This document shows positions 38,500 through 51,039 of a DNA stretch of 64,000 bases, one piece after another. Each line of letters begins with the position of its first letter. Within the stretch, counting starts at the first letter, position 1. The stretch comes from Octopus vulgaris (Eukaryota), in the NCBI GenBank assembly GCA_951406725.2, contig OX597821.1, positions 31,434,001-31,498,000 of the forward strand. Reading direction: 5' to 3'. The notes beneath the pieces were generated by a model that was not told where the DNA came from, searched no databases, and saw only the letters and a list, made by a program, of their open reading frames with translations. The translations under genes and the position numbers were made by a program.

Positions 38500-38645
38500 C
38501 ATTTTATGTGGAGGGTGTTCGTAAACCATTTAAGAAACACACAAAAGCCGTTCGATTCACTTCAACATTTAAGTTTAATTTGTCAAAATAGTTTCTTCGC
38601 TAAAATCCGCGACCTGTTCACTGACAAAAATCCGTGCTGCATCTG
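38500..38645 (-). mobile_element. Short repeat (probable PLE terminal fragment) with a G3-C8 hammerhead-like motif at 38579-38628
   Basis: Second copy at 59075-59150. Minus strand: TTTGTCA-GTGAACA-G-GTCGC..GCGAA-GAAA-CTAT-TT-TGACAAA. Confidence 0.6.
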
Positions 38646-39539
38646 AGACAGTAACAGTTAGTTCGTCATATATATGTACGTATGTATGTGTGTATGTATG
38701 TATGTATACACGCATGTATGCATACAAGCATGCATGTATGTATGTACGTACATACGCCTGTGTGTATGTATGTTTGTATGTATGTATGTATGTATGTATA
38801 TATATAAGTATGTGTGTGAATATGCATGCACATACACACTATAAACTTAAAGCTATAAACCTTTAGTGATGGATAGATGTAGACTGACCACTCATCACAA
38901 TAATATCAAATTTCAACCTTCCCCGCCGAAACTAGAAAGTGATTTACGACCCTCACCCCCAAAACAAAACTCTAAAACCTATTATCAGGCATTTATCTCT
39001 ATATCACAAAACTTTCGTTTTACTATTGCTTGTTTTTCTTTGTTTTGTTCTCCCTTACATCTAGTTAGTTCAGGTTAAATATATATACGTATGTATGTGT
39101 GTATGTATGTATGTATGTATGTATGTATGTATGTATGTATGTATGTATGTATGTGTGTATGCACGTACGTACGCCTGTGCATATGTATTTATACATGTGC
39201 CTATGTATGTGTGTGCGTACATGTACGTACGTACATACCGTTGTAACTGAGCTGTGGATATGAGTGCTCCTGTCTCTAACTGCAGGTCACTCCTCCTTAT
39301 CCATAGTCACCAGTCCTCTCTATTTGTCTTGGTGTCCACATCTCTTCCAAATTGACCGTACATGTTTCATCCTTCCATGTTTTAGTTTTTTTTTTGTTCA
39401 ATTATTGTTTAAATTTAACTTTCCTTACACAATTTTCAGTTTTGATGAGGCAGTGACTGCTCGGCATTTTTTATATAGCACCCTAGTCTGTTTTCTTTGC
39501 TTTGATATAGTACTTGCAACTGATCAAACCTCTCCCACC

Positions 39540-40400
39540 CTTTCGTCCATCGGTGTCACTCTTAGGGCTGAAGGCTCCGAGTACTGTCAAGATTTATCTG
39601 GTCTTGTTATCCATTTTCTTCACTTCTATCTTTTGCCATTTTATAATTCCCGCTCCATACTGAAGTAATGCTATGGCCCACGTATTAACCGCTTTTATTT
39701 TCTACCCCCAGTCAATTTTGAGGGCAGCACCAACCTCAGTCTTCAGAAATACTCCATCATCAGTTGCTCTTCCATTTCCTTTTCCATTATCTCGTTGCAC
39801 TCTAGCACACCAAGGTATTCGCATCCTTAGGTTTCAATTTAACCAAGTTTGTATTCGGTAATTGTATCCCTGCTAGGGACTATGCCATGACATTCTTTTA
39901 GGTAGATTACACTTGAGTACAAATTCCATTCTAGTATGAGTACTAAAACAGTGGACCATGTTTACCAAGGAACTCACTTGTGTCTCATGTTTGTCATACA
40001 GTTTCAAATCATCCATGAAGATGGGGTTGTTGATTGTTTGGAATTTTTCCTTTAGTTGGTTCATGTTCCTGAGCACCAAGGTCAAAGTTATCATGCAGCG
40101 AACGAAAAGCAGCCAGAGGTTGGCTGTCCTTCTGGAAAATCCTTCTTCTGCTACCCAGGTTGCCCAAACTTTTACCGAAAGATGCCGGTTCAATTTTCCA
40201 TCCCACCATACGTCACTTCAGAAAACACGTTACATTCCTCGCAATTATAAACAGATGTAAGCACTCGATGAGCCACGAATGTAGAAAATCTTATCATAAG
40301 CCTTGCGATAGTCAATCCAGTCTATTCCCAGATTTGTTCTCCTTCGTTTACCATCTGGGATTACATTTTTTGTCTATCAATAGTTGATCTTTCCTACCAC
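39540..40400 (-). mobile_element. R4/Dong-type reverse transcriptase fragment, degenerate
   Basis: ORF 39873-40193 contains IFMDDLKLY...QVSSLVNMVHCFS...RMEF.LKC. Upstream is a DY.KAYD...HSW.IECL-like segment. Confidence 0.8.
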
Positions 40401-40580
40401 TGTGTCCTTAAGCAAGACATTTCATTTCAATTTGATTCAGTCCACTAAGCTGGTAGAAATGTGTAGTACCTATATTTCAAAGGACCTGCTCTTGTCACAT
40501 TCTACCTGGGAACTGCACATGCTGAGGCAACTTATAAAGGCAGACACGACTGTGGAATTCTCAGCCACTTGAACGTAATT
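40399..40580 (+). mobile_element. SINE fragment sharing its core with 439-680
   Basis: TGTGTCCTTAAGCAAGACATTTCATTTCA...CAGTCCACTAAGCTG resembles 522-573, followed by a different 3' part. Confidence 0.65.
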
Positions 40581-41456
40581 TCCGGGCATGCTTTTTCGTT
40601 GGTCGTTTCAAATAGAAACTTCGACGTCGTAATTGACGGAATGCCAGTTGAATTATACCTAATAATTATCTTTTAATATTCAGTTTTGTTTTTGTTTCAC
40701 GAAAACATCATTTTTTTCCTTCTATATTTGCGTTTCTTGATAGAAGTTCAAGCAGAATAATTATCAAAACACATATGTTACTTTCACATAGATATACCAA
40801 AACAAAACATCTAAATGAAATTATTCTGATTGTTTGTATCTGGAAAATATACGCGAGGAAAAAATTAATAACCGATATATTTACGCTTTTTCAAAGATTA
40901 ATAGTTCAAAGTTTACATAATGTAAAATTTTAAAAAAAATATCTTAAATGGTGACATTGATATAGTCGATACACAGATAAAAGAATAACGATCTCACATA
41001 TTTAAGCAAAATGCAGAAAGAAGCGTAGCTTAGGGTATTGGTATCCTTGGTTACGGCGGGTATGATGAAAATAATAACAGATCAATGATAACTTGATGAA
41101 ATTATCATTAATGAGTTAGGTAATTGCATAAACTTCAAACATAAATGACAATTCGACTGATTTACCACAGTCACAACTACACAGGGCTAAAATATTTACA
41201 TTGATTCTACTGTTATTCAGTTGGCAGAATGAGTTTACCAAATAGTTTATATCAGGTCAGAACAAACAGAATTTAGAGAATAGTAGAGTTTATAGTTGGG
41301 GGAAGGAATCATTCAAATCACTGACCCAGTTACAAATCCCTCGAAAGAAAAGAGGAATGATCGTATCCATCCGTCCAGAATTGAGTCTTAATGGAGTTAT
41401 ACACGTATTGTGGTCTGTGGTAATGAATTAATTAATATCATGTCGTCCTACCAATC

Positions 41457-41551
41457 TATCATGTTTGATTAAACAAATACATCCGGCTTTATCACACGCC
41501 TTACTCGCTTTTAATATGATGCCGGATGTATTTGTTCAATCACACATAATA
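41457..41551. repeat. Short inverted repeat / hairpin (27-31-bp arms, 33-nt loop)
   Basis: 41461-41487 versus 41521-41547, with 2 mismatches. Confidence 0.9.
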
Positions 41552-41992
41552 CTTTAGTGTCTGTGATACATTTAGCCTCTCTGCCATCACTCGCACAATT
41601 ATATTACAATCAGATTCATATATGGCTTTGGTTCGGTCATCATCAATTTCAGAACGTCAGATTATGCCTCCTTTATGGCCCCCAGAACTGATAGTTTAAA
41701 ACCATTTGTGACATGTGCATTCAGTTAAGCAATCAATACAATAAACTTCATATATATATATATATTTGTGAGTCTCAGCGGCTTTCTTCGCTTTACGGAA
41801 ATAAAGAAGCAAAATATGATGAAAATGCTCGTTTTTGAAAATGTTGACACTGAACCAACTGGTGTAGAAAAATTACACGCAATTTCCTTCTAAAGTAAGG
41901 TATAAGTAACGGCTACCAAATGCTAATCGTAAAAAAAATCATAAAATTGACAGGAGTTATTAAGAAAATTCTTAACTCTATTTCATGCCAAG

Positions 41993-42037
<45 letters not shown>

Positions 42038-42040
<3 letters not shown>

Positions 42041-42250
42041 TGGGGAAAGAAACAAGTAAAAACTCCTATGCGAGAACGTGGTCCATGCAAAGTATGAATA
42101 AAACGCTCATGGGAGGTAACAAAGGGTGGTTTACGTTTCGAGCGAAGCTCTTCAAAACCAGGAGACAAAGAAAAGCTCCTCTGGTTTTGGTATCTGGCAG
42201 GCATTTGAAGGGACTTGGAAGCCGACAGAAGCGAGGCTGGAGAGAGTGTT
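42038..42250 (-). mobile_element. Short element abutting (TA)n with a degenerate minimal hammerhead motif (probable PLE terminus)
   Basis: Minus strand TGGTT-TTGAAGAGCTTCGCTC-GAAAC-GTA^-AACCA (42127-42160). Confidence 0.5.
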
Positions 42251-42818
42251 TGTGTATGTGTACAATGTGTACACCAGACATATAAGATCGTAGACTGGGG
42301 TTGAGGTTCGTTGTCAGAGTGTGTGTGTGTGTGTGTGTGCAAATTCTTATACGTTAGAGCCTGTTTTATATGCATACATGCGCAAACGTATTTGTAATGT
42401 ATGTGCGTGTGTGTGTGTACACGAATAAGTATGTATACACTTGTATTTGTGTATAAATGTGCAAGTTCGTGTTTTTCTAGACGTACATATATGTGTGTGT
42501 ACGTGCGCTCATATATACATATATTATATGTAATAATTATGTGTTGCAGATTCATGGTAGTTTAGCTCAACAGCCATGGTTGATAGGCGTTGGACACAGG
42601 ATTGGTTGTGTTCTGAAAATGGGGGAGTGAGGAAAGCAGAAGTATAGTTATATAGTTGTGTGTGTACTTATGTTTGCTTGCGTGTGTGCGTGTATAAATG
42701 TGTGTTCATAGGCATGTGTGTGTGCTTTGGGGGGCGCACACCCCGTTTATCAAGGCGAATGTAGGGGGTCATAAGGGAGGCATAATTTTGTGGGTTTAGC
42801 CTTCGTTCTGCGTCGACA

Positions 42819-43965
42819 TCTCTCTCTATATAAACGGCAGTTTGTCTGTCTGTGTGTCTGTGTGTCTGTCAGGTTGTACCCTCGCCCTGACCAAGGCTTT
42901 CAACCGATTCTGATGAAACTTGACACACACACATAGCCCAATGTCATAATTCAAAACTAACGCAGCGAAAATTATGAAACGTTCCCCCAGTTCTGAACAA
43001 AATCAATAAATTCAACATGGGGTCGAGAATCTAAGCTTTTTATATGCAACACATTTTCTATTGTAGTTTTCGCAACTTGCAAGCGATGTTCACCAAACTC
43101 ATGGTGACGCTTAATGTTACCCTAAGAAACTTAATTCTGACGTTAGTTTTCCATGCAATACCTTACCATCAGAAAAAATCGATAAAATCATGCCATTTTG
43201 GGAAATCGCGTTCAAATTCAAGATGACATATTTCCGACAATATCTTTCACAAATTGGCAAGATTTTTTTTTTAATTCACAGCTAATATCATGTCTGCTCC
43301 AAGGAGATATATGGCCCTTTTTATTCCAATAAGATACTTTATTACTGGAAAAAATCGGTTAATTAAATCATATGTGGCACACATAGCAAATCCGATTTGT
43401 GTATTAAACACAAACCACAGACTGTATAGGGGACGCAACTCGACCTTTTTAACTCTCGGAATACGTGAGGTAAGTGTCCCAAAATGTCTAAAAATGTACA
43501 AAAACGGCAAAAAAGCGTGCAGCAATGTGACAACAACGAAAAAGTCAAAAGTGACCAAACTGAACAAACGAATGGAAAAGGTTTTTTGGTGCACACGACA
43601 AAAGCGGTTTATAATAAACCAAGAGTTTGCAAGTAGCGTCCGAGGACCCTTAGGGTAAGTCAAAAATTTAAGGTAAAACGTTGGGGGTGGTAGTTATAAA
43701 GAAAGTTTAAACAAAAAAAGTATTCGAATAACTTGCGGCTGCAGCAGCTATTAGCAGAAGTGGCGGTGTTGGGGGTAAAGTCTCGAATGTAATTTCTTCC
43801 TGGTAGGAATTGGTTGGGTTGAATTATCGATAGCTGTTTGATAGTTATTTGGAAGTGAAGAGAAGATATTTGCAACCTACACATGATGGAAAGGACTAGA
43901 TTGGGATTAGTCGTTGCCTACTAGGGGCTCTTACATACCCGGGCAACGCCGGGCTATGCTGCTAG
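42819..43965 (+). mobile_element. Non-autonomous Helitron
   Basis: 5' A|TC start followed by a (GTCT)-type microsatellite. 3' hairpin CCCGG-gcaacg-CCGGG (43938-43953), then CTAG|T. No TSD. Confidence 0.85.
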
Positions 43966-44319
43966 TTAATGGCTAGAAACTTCGTTTTTGGTCGTAGAGA
44001 AGCCAGTGCTGAAGAGTAGCCACTGTTGCGAAGCACTTAAATTTAAGATGCCCAGTCGGTATAAATTTCACAAGGAGGTAGTACTTTTGGTGACAGCAAA
44101 ATAATAGTTCGTATTTCCACTTGATACATACATACAGCGGGTTAGTAAAGTATGTGACGTCTTTCGCTGAGGCTATTGCGGGCGAAAAATGAGTTTAGCG
44201 GCACCCTGTAAACGATGGTCCATTATATGGTGGGCTTTTCATTTCATATGTAGCAGGGTCTCTAGACAAAATGAAGCAAGGAACTGGAATTATCTATATC
44301 CCCACATGTACTAATAACA

Positions 44320-44530
44320 AGGCGACGAGTTGGTAGATTCCTTAGCAAGCCAGACAATCTGTTTGAAGATATTTCTTTATTCTTTGCGCTCTGATTTCGA
44401 ATCCTGTCGCGATCAGATTTTGCTTGTTATCATCTTGAGGTCGAGAAAATTAGTGATAGTTGAACATAGTAATCGACTTAACGCTCCCCCAGCACTTGCT
44501 GGCCCTGTGCCAAGATTTCAAACAGATATT
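44320..44530 (+). mobile_element. SINE family C, diverged
   Basis: AGGCGACGAGTTGGTAGA...TAATCGACTTA...CTGGCCCTGTGCCAA. Confidence 0.65.
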
Positions 44531-45306
44531 AATATAAATGACATTAACTGTATTCATATCAATGTGACATGTACAATGCCGTGTATTTGCGTGGAAGGAA
44601 GAAAACGAGACGTACCCTATATATAGCAGAAAATTACTTCACTCTATCACAATTTATTCGGTAAAAGAGAACCGGAAAGGATACACATTACGCTGAAGCA
44701 TTAAATCGATATTAACCCCCGGCTTACAAATTATTAGCATTTTTTCATTGTATATATTGGCTAAACGTTAAAATTTATATTTCAAGTGTCCATCACAGAC
44801 GCATTTTCACGTTATACAATGCGATGTGCATGCATCTTTATCATCTTGTAAGTCTTTATACTTAGTACAAAAATTTAGGTTTCAAATCGGACAAGAGTTA
44901 TCGGTTTATTTTTATGCTTCTGTGTTGTGTTGCCCGTATCGTTGTAAATTAATAACTTTTTATTTCGATTGATTGATGAAGGCAGAAAAATAATATCGCT
45001 GCTCAATGCAACTATTGGTGGTAGCAATCAAGATTCTGGAATTTTGAGTCCTTTAAATAACTATTTAACTTTGCCTCCTGACACAATTGCCATAAGGTTT
45101 CTGAATAAAAAGGTTATAACTAATTGCTTGCATTAGTAGATAAACACAGACTAATTGAAACCTTTATATGTTCGCTTGTCACCACAAAATACTACAATAA
45201 GATATTTGTGTATATAATTGTATATAAACATATATATATATATATACATAAACGTACTATATACATACATATATATATGTATATATATATACATATACAT
45301 ATGCAT

Positions 45307-45365
<59 letters not shown>

Positions 45366-45386
45366 ATATATAAATAATATAATACT

Positions 45387-45619
45387 TATTTCTTTACTAC
45401 CCACAAGGGGCTAAACACAGAGAGGACAAACAAGGACAGATAAACGGATTAAGTCGATTATGTCGACCCCAGTGCGTAACTGGTACTTACTTTATCGACT
45501 CCGAAAGGATGAAAGGCAAAGTCGACCTCGGCGGAATTCGAACTCAGAACGTAACGGCAGACGTAATACAGTTAAGCATTTCGCCCGGCGTGCTAAAGTT
45601 TATGCCAGCTCGCCGCCTT
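45387..45619 (-). mobile_element. SINE family C, young copy with TSD
   Basis: Minus-strand head AAGGCGGCGAGCTGGCA. ATAATATAATACT occurs at 45374-45386 and 45623-45635. Confidence 0.92.
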
Positions 45620-45676
45620 AATATAATATAATACTGTAAGTTTTTTTCCCTGTAAGATTGGAGATATACTCCCTAA

Positions 45677-45678
<2 letters not shown>

Positions 45679-45729
<51 letters not shown>
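45679..45729. repeat. (ATT)n microsatellite
   Basis: Directly visible. Confidence 0.97.
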
Positions 45730-45733
<4 letters not shown>

Positions 45734-48700
45734 ATATATGTATATCATAATCTGTTAAGTCCTCAATACAATAAATCGGAGAGGAATTCCAGTTGACACT
45801 ACCCCAACAATTTTTTTTCCAATTGCAATTTCACAATATATGATTAGGGGATAATATCAATGATATTAATATTTTTGTCAGTGATGACACATATTCCGCT
45901 TAAATGGAACAGAAACTAGATACTGCTGTTATATATGCATTTTCCCAATATTGCATGCTGGATGTTATGATATTGAGAACATTTTCTGCAATTACACGCA
46001 TTGCCATACGATACAGTAGCTATGAATGGATTATCTGAGAATATGTTTTTTCTTCTACGATTTTTCACGCAATTCACATATTGGCTCTTTGTAGCTTACC
46101 ATTACGAGATATTACCTTGCCAATTATGAGACGATCTGTCTTGAATATTTCTGGGATCTTGTGTTTTCACAGCAACTAATCATTCACCTGGAATTACTGA
46201 TATGTTTGCTCAGTGAATAGACCTTACAAAGCGTATTTGAACATGCTGTTTGATGATACATCGCAACTAGTGGTCTTTCGCCTTATGCACCAAAATAAAT
46301 TACTTTCTACTTTAAATCAGCCATTGGTGCAATGCATATTCACATATCAATACATTCGTTTATTTTCTCATTAAAATAAGGAACTTACATCCTATCATAG
46401 CCAAGTTCATCTTCCTTACGCGTTTCTCCGTTTTTTGCGACTACTCTTTTTAATTCGTATCTGTCTAATTTTATAGTTGCGGTTTTGTTTTTTTGTTGCT
46501 ATAATTTGCCACGAACGAGCGTATTTTCGATTCTTGGTAAATTATAGTCTGTAATTCTATCGAAATATATTTGTTTTGCTTTTTGGTATAAAGCTCGTAT
46601 AAAACCACAAGATAATTAGAAAAGGGTAAATGTGTAGCTTCTAGATTTATATTTGTGCTTCTGGGGAATTTTAGTTTTATTTTCATTTTTAAAGCAACGG
46701 AACAAGCATTTCAGCACATTTATAGTGAAGGTAACTAGATACGATACAGAAAATATACAGGGGAAAGAGTAAATGAAAAATTCAACGCACTTATGTTGAA
46801 TCGAGTGTAGAAAATTATGCATGTTAAAATAAGAGAAAATATTACATTATACGACATATTATATGTAATGCCAACAAACCTACATCATATTTATTAGCGT
46901 AATTTGTCAATCAGAAGCCACGAGGGTAGACTGCGTAAGAAAAATTAAAGGGCAATTGCAAGAAATTAAACAAAAAGTAAATTGTGTGAGGTTTTATGAT
47001 TTTCGTTCAGTTAAATAGCAATTTAAAATGATGCGTGGAATCCTATTTCATTTTTGGATTCTATCACAGCATTTTGCAATGTTATCCACATAGGGGAAAT
47101 TGCAGATGAGTCAATGTTTTTGCATCGTACAACTTGCTCCATATCTGGTGCTTTAGACTTGGAAGAACGAAATATGGACAGTGCTAAAAAACTTTACCGA
47201 ACTTTTGTTCTGAACGATGTAGAAAGGAATGTATTACAACTCAGTATAGACTAATACACATGTGAAACTAAATCTAAGTTGTGTTAAACCATGATGACGT
47301 AAAGAAAGAGGGCAAGCAACAGCAGACAATATAGTCATGATTATTGTTCGATAGGGGTACAGAGCGAAATCTTGACACGTTAAAACAATCGCTTCATTCT
47401 AATTGTCAGAACCTATGCCGAGTCCTCAGAAATCCGTGGCTGAGAAAACGTGCGTCAGCGAAAGTCAATTTTGCATAAGATGTAGCTGAACCAACACAAA
47501 GCAAGAACTGTATTAAACAGAAGTCAGGGGAAGTGATTCTTGTAGCAGCAACTCTTACTGACAATTGCCCTCAGCAAATCTTGTGTCCTAAATCATATTT
47601 CGCTCAAAAAAGAAAGTTTCATATGACAGATATATGATTTTCGACCGAAGAGGAGGCCGTGAAGCTTTCTGTAAAACCTCTAAGATGTGATAGGCCGGTT
47701 CTCATACCGCTCGTCCTCGGCAAGATATTGGTAAAAATAAGGTTGTTTATGTTCCACTGGAGGTGGTTATCGGCTGTGCAGTAGTGGTCATTTGACTCAG
47801 TATTCAAGAAACATTTTGGATCAAAAAATGGTTTTATTAACAGATCAACAAAGTGTGTAAAATATCCTAGGCAAAATTAATCAGCCAATTTGCTCCCAAC
47901 TCCTCCTAGCATTTAAGGGCAAAATGTTAAGTAGCAATTTAAGCGATACAGGAATCATCTAATATCTTACGTTCTTCAAAAAGAACGAACAATGGAAGAC
48001 AGTCACTTCTAGCAACACCATTCATTCAAAGAATACATCAACTAAAAGTATCAGCAAATGCATATCACCACAACAGCAGCAACAACAACAAAAATTATAA
48101 TTGGAAAACTAAAATCAGAATTAGCATCCTCCAAACCATAAGTGAATGCAACAGTACGTACTATGATAATAACAACAACAGCAAAAGCAACACGAATAAC
48201 AGGGCTGACATCAACAACAACAAGGAGCCAATTTCCCTGACCCAATAGTATATAATATGTTGCTGGACTCATCTCCTCAGACAACCTCTGAAGTTATTTT
48301 TTGCTATGTTCTGCAATGAAGGAAATGAAGATTAAAACCTTCCCCATAAAAAGGAAGCCAAAGATTGGCACAACAAAATAACCTGCCCTAACAAAGACCT
48401 GAGAGGTTTGGCAGTAGACGTAAAACAAATGACAAACTACGTCACCACCACCAGCGTCATCATTTATCATCACCATGAAGGATAGTCTCCAATTTGCAAC
48501 TCCCAAACAAAACAAAACCACAATATATACCTAAACCACGTAGTAAAACAAACTTGCATGAAACACTGTAGATCATCTAGCTATGGACTCAAACAATAAA
48601 GTATTGATGAATCAAGTACGTACAACTGCACACGTTCATTGAAATCAAAGACTATAAACCAAGAAATAAAATCCCACTTAACGGAATGGAAGATTTTCAT

Positions 48701-49480
48701 GGGACAAAAAACAGGGCAATTTATGAAATTTTCACGCAAATCTGTTACATCTAACCGAAAGAACAGATCTCCTTGCACTTCTCAAGAATAATATGAGTCT
48801 TCTCCCTCACATCACGTCTTTCATTTATCTTAGCCTCACTCAGAATAGACGACGTGAAAGAACGTGGTTTTGTAGGTATTGAAATTAAAGCCACATGAAC
48901 AACGGACTTAGACCAATGCACTTATGTATGGTGGCTGTTAACAGGGCCAGAATCTCCGATATATTAGCATCCCAGCGCAGCTTTTTGTCGATTGCAATCG
49001 ATAGACGGTGTAGGTATGTTGGTTCAGAAAGGTACAAGTATTGCAGTATACATCATGTTCCTTGATGTAGCGCCTGAGATAATGTTACTGAATATGACTA
49101 AAACTAAATCCCTACCTTTGATAGCGATAGCCGAACGGACGTGTGTAGGACGTCATTAAAAAATTATAGACCGTTTCTTTCTTGAGAGCAACCTGCTCTT
49201 TAGGGCACGTGAGAGTTCAGAATGGCATTTTGTTTCTATGATGTAACTACGAAGGGGATAGTCACAGTTTCTTGGATATTTGCTGGAAAACAGTTCACTG
49301 AAAAAGAAAACGTAGAACGTATTTTAAGGGAAATGATTTTATCTAGCATATCTCAATTTTCATTTTAAATGTGTAAGGGTTTCAAAGCACAATTCTTTGA
49401 AATTGTATATTTTCACTCCATTACTTAAACTTTCCTACTACTATCGTGGCGCGTTATACTGTATGACATCTATGTGTATT

Positions 49481-49889
49481 CTTTATTCTTTTATTCTTTT
49501 ACTTGTTTTTCAGTCATTTGACTGTGGCCATGCTGGAGCACCACCTTTTAGTCGAGCAACTCGACCCTAGGATTTATACTTATGTAAGCCCAGTACTTAT
49601 TCTATCGGTCTCTTTTGCCCAACCGCTAAGTTACGGGGATGTAAACACACCAGCATCGGTTGTCAAGCAATGCTAGGGGGACAAACACACACACATACAC
49701 ACATATATATATATATACATATATACGACAGGCTTCTTTCAGTTTCCGTCAACCAAATCCACTCACAAGGTATTGGTCGGCCCGGGGCTATAGCAGAAGA
49801 CACTTGCCCAAGATGCCACGCAGTGAGACTGAACCCGGAACCATGTGGTTGGTTAGCAAGCTACTTACCACACAGCCACTCCTGCGCCT
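49481..49889 (-). mobile_element. SINE family B, full length
   Basis: Reverse complement of 11401-11812; both give nearly the same spurious ORFs. Confidence 0.95.
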
Positions 49890-50577
49890 ATGTATAATAT
49901 CCTTAACGATTTTACAGTATATATGCAGTATGGAACTCAAAACCGTAAAATGATACTATGTTCTAACTGTACACTTATATTTAATGTAATTCGCAAAATT
50001 TTGTTTATTCGTTATTAAAGTTAACTCAGCTAAATATTTATATATGCTTATTTTTCCTCTATAGCAATAGTGTAAGACATTAAATGTCGCAATAATTATG
50101 TTCTCAAAGTAATTACTGTTGTAAGTGAAGGAATTCAAGGAAATGTATATGGAAATGGAAATGGTTTTGTATTACGTATATAGAAATGAAAATAGTTTGG
50201 AATTACTTTCTGGTGAGTTCGGCCGACAATAGGTGAAACTGCAAACAATGGTGAAATTTGATTGATGGTTAATCGAATATATTTACAAATATTCTGTAAC
50301 ACAGAAAATCTATTATAAAAACAATCTTTCTGAATATATGCATGTATTCCAAATATGTCATTGTAAAGTTAGATATTTGAATAGTAGTGTGATACATCTA
50401 TTAAATTAGCTTTTACATTATGCACTACGAATTCAAACATCTTTAAGATATTTAAGATCATAATATTATTGACAATGTTAAACTAAATTATGCAGAAATT
50501 AAATATTCAATAAATAAATACACATTATTTGGTATTGACCTGCCGACATCGAGTGAAACATAGGTTATTTAATACAG

Positions 50578-50955
<378 letters not shown>

Positions 50956-51039
50956 TATCTGTATAAAGAGATACGTATATGCATATTTGTACATACAGGT
51001 ATATATTTAAATCCCTATACATAGATATGTATATCTGTA

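Noticed and set aside
39441-39470. TTGATGA-GGCAG tga CTGCT-CG hammerhead-like string
   Set aside because: It lacks GAAA, stem III and the cleavage triplet.
47000-48560. Purine/ACA-rich region that might be a decayed retroelement ORF or host exons
   Set aside because: I could not identify any domain motif or consistent reading frame; BLASTX is needed.
11373-49953. Repeated similar short ORFs (MSSNARGTN..., MLGGQTQT...) that resemble a peptide gene family
   Set aside because: They are antisense translations of family B SINE copies.
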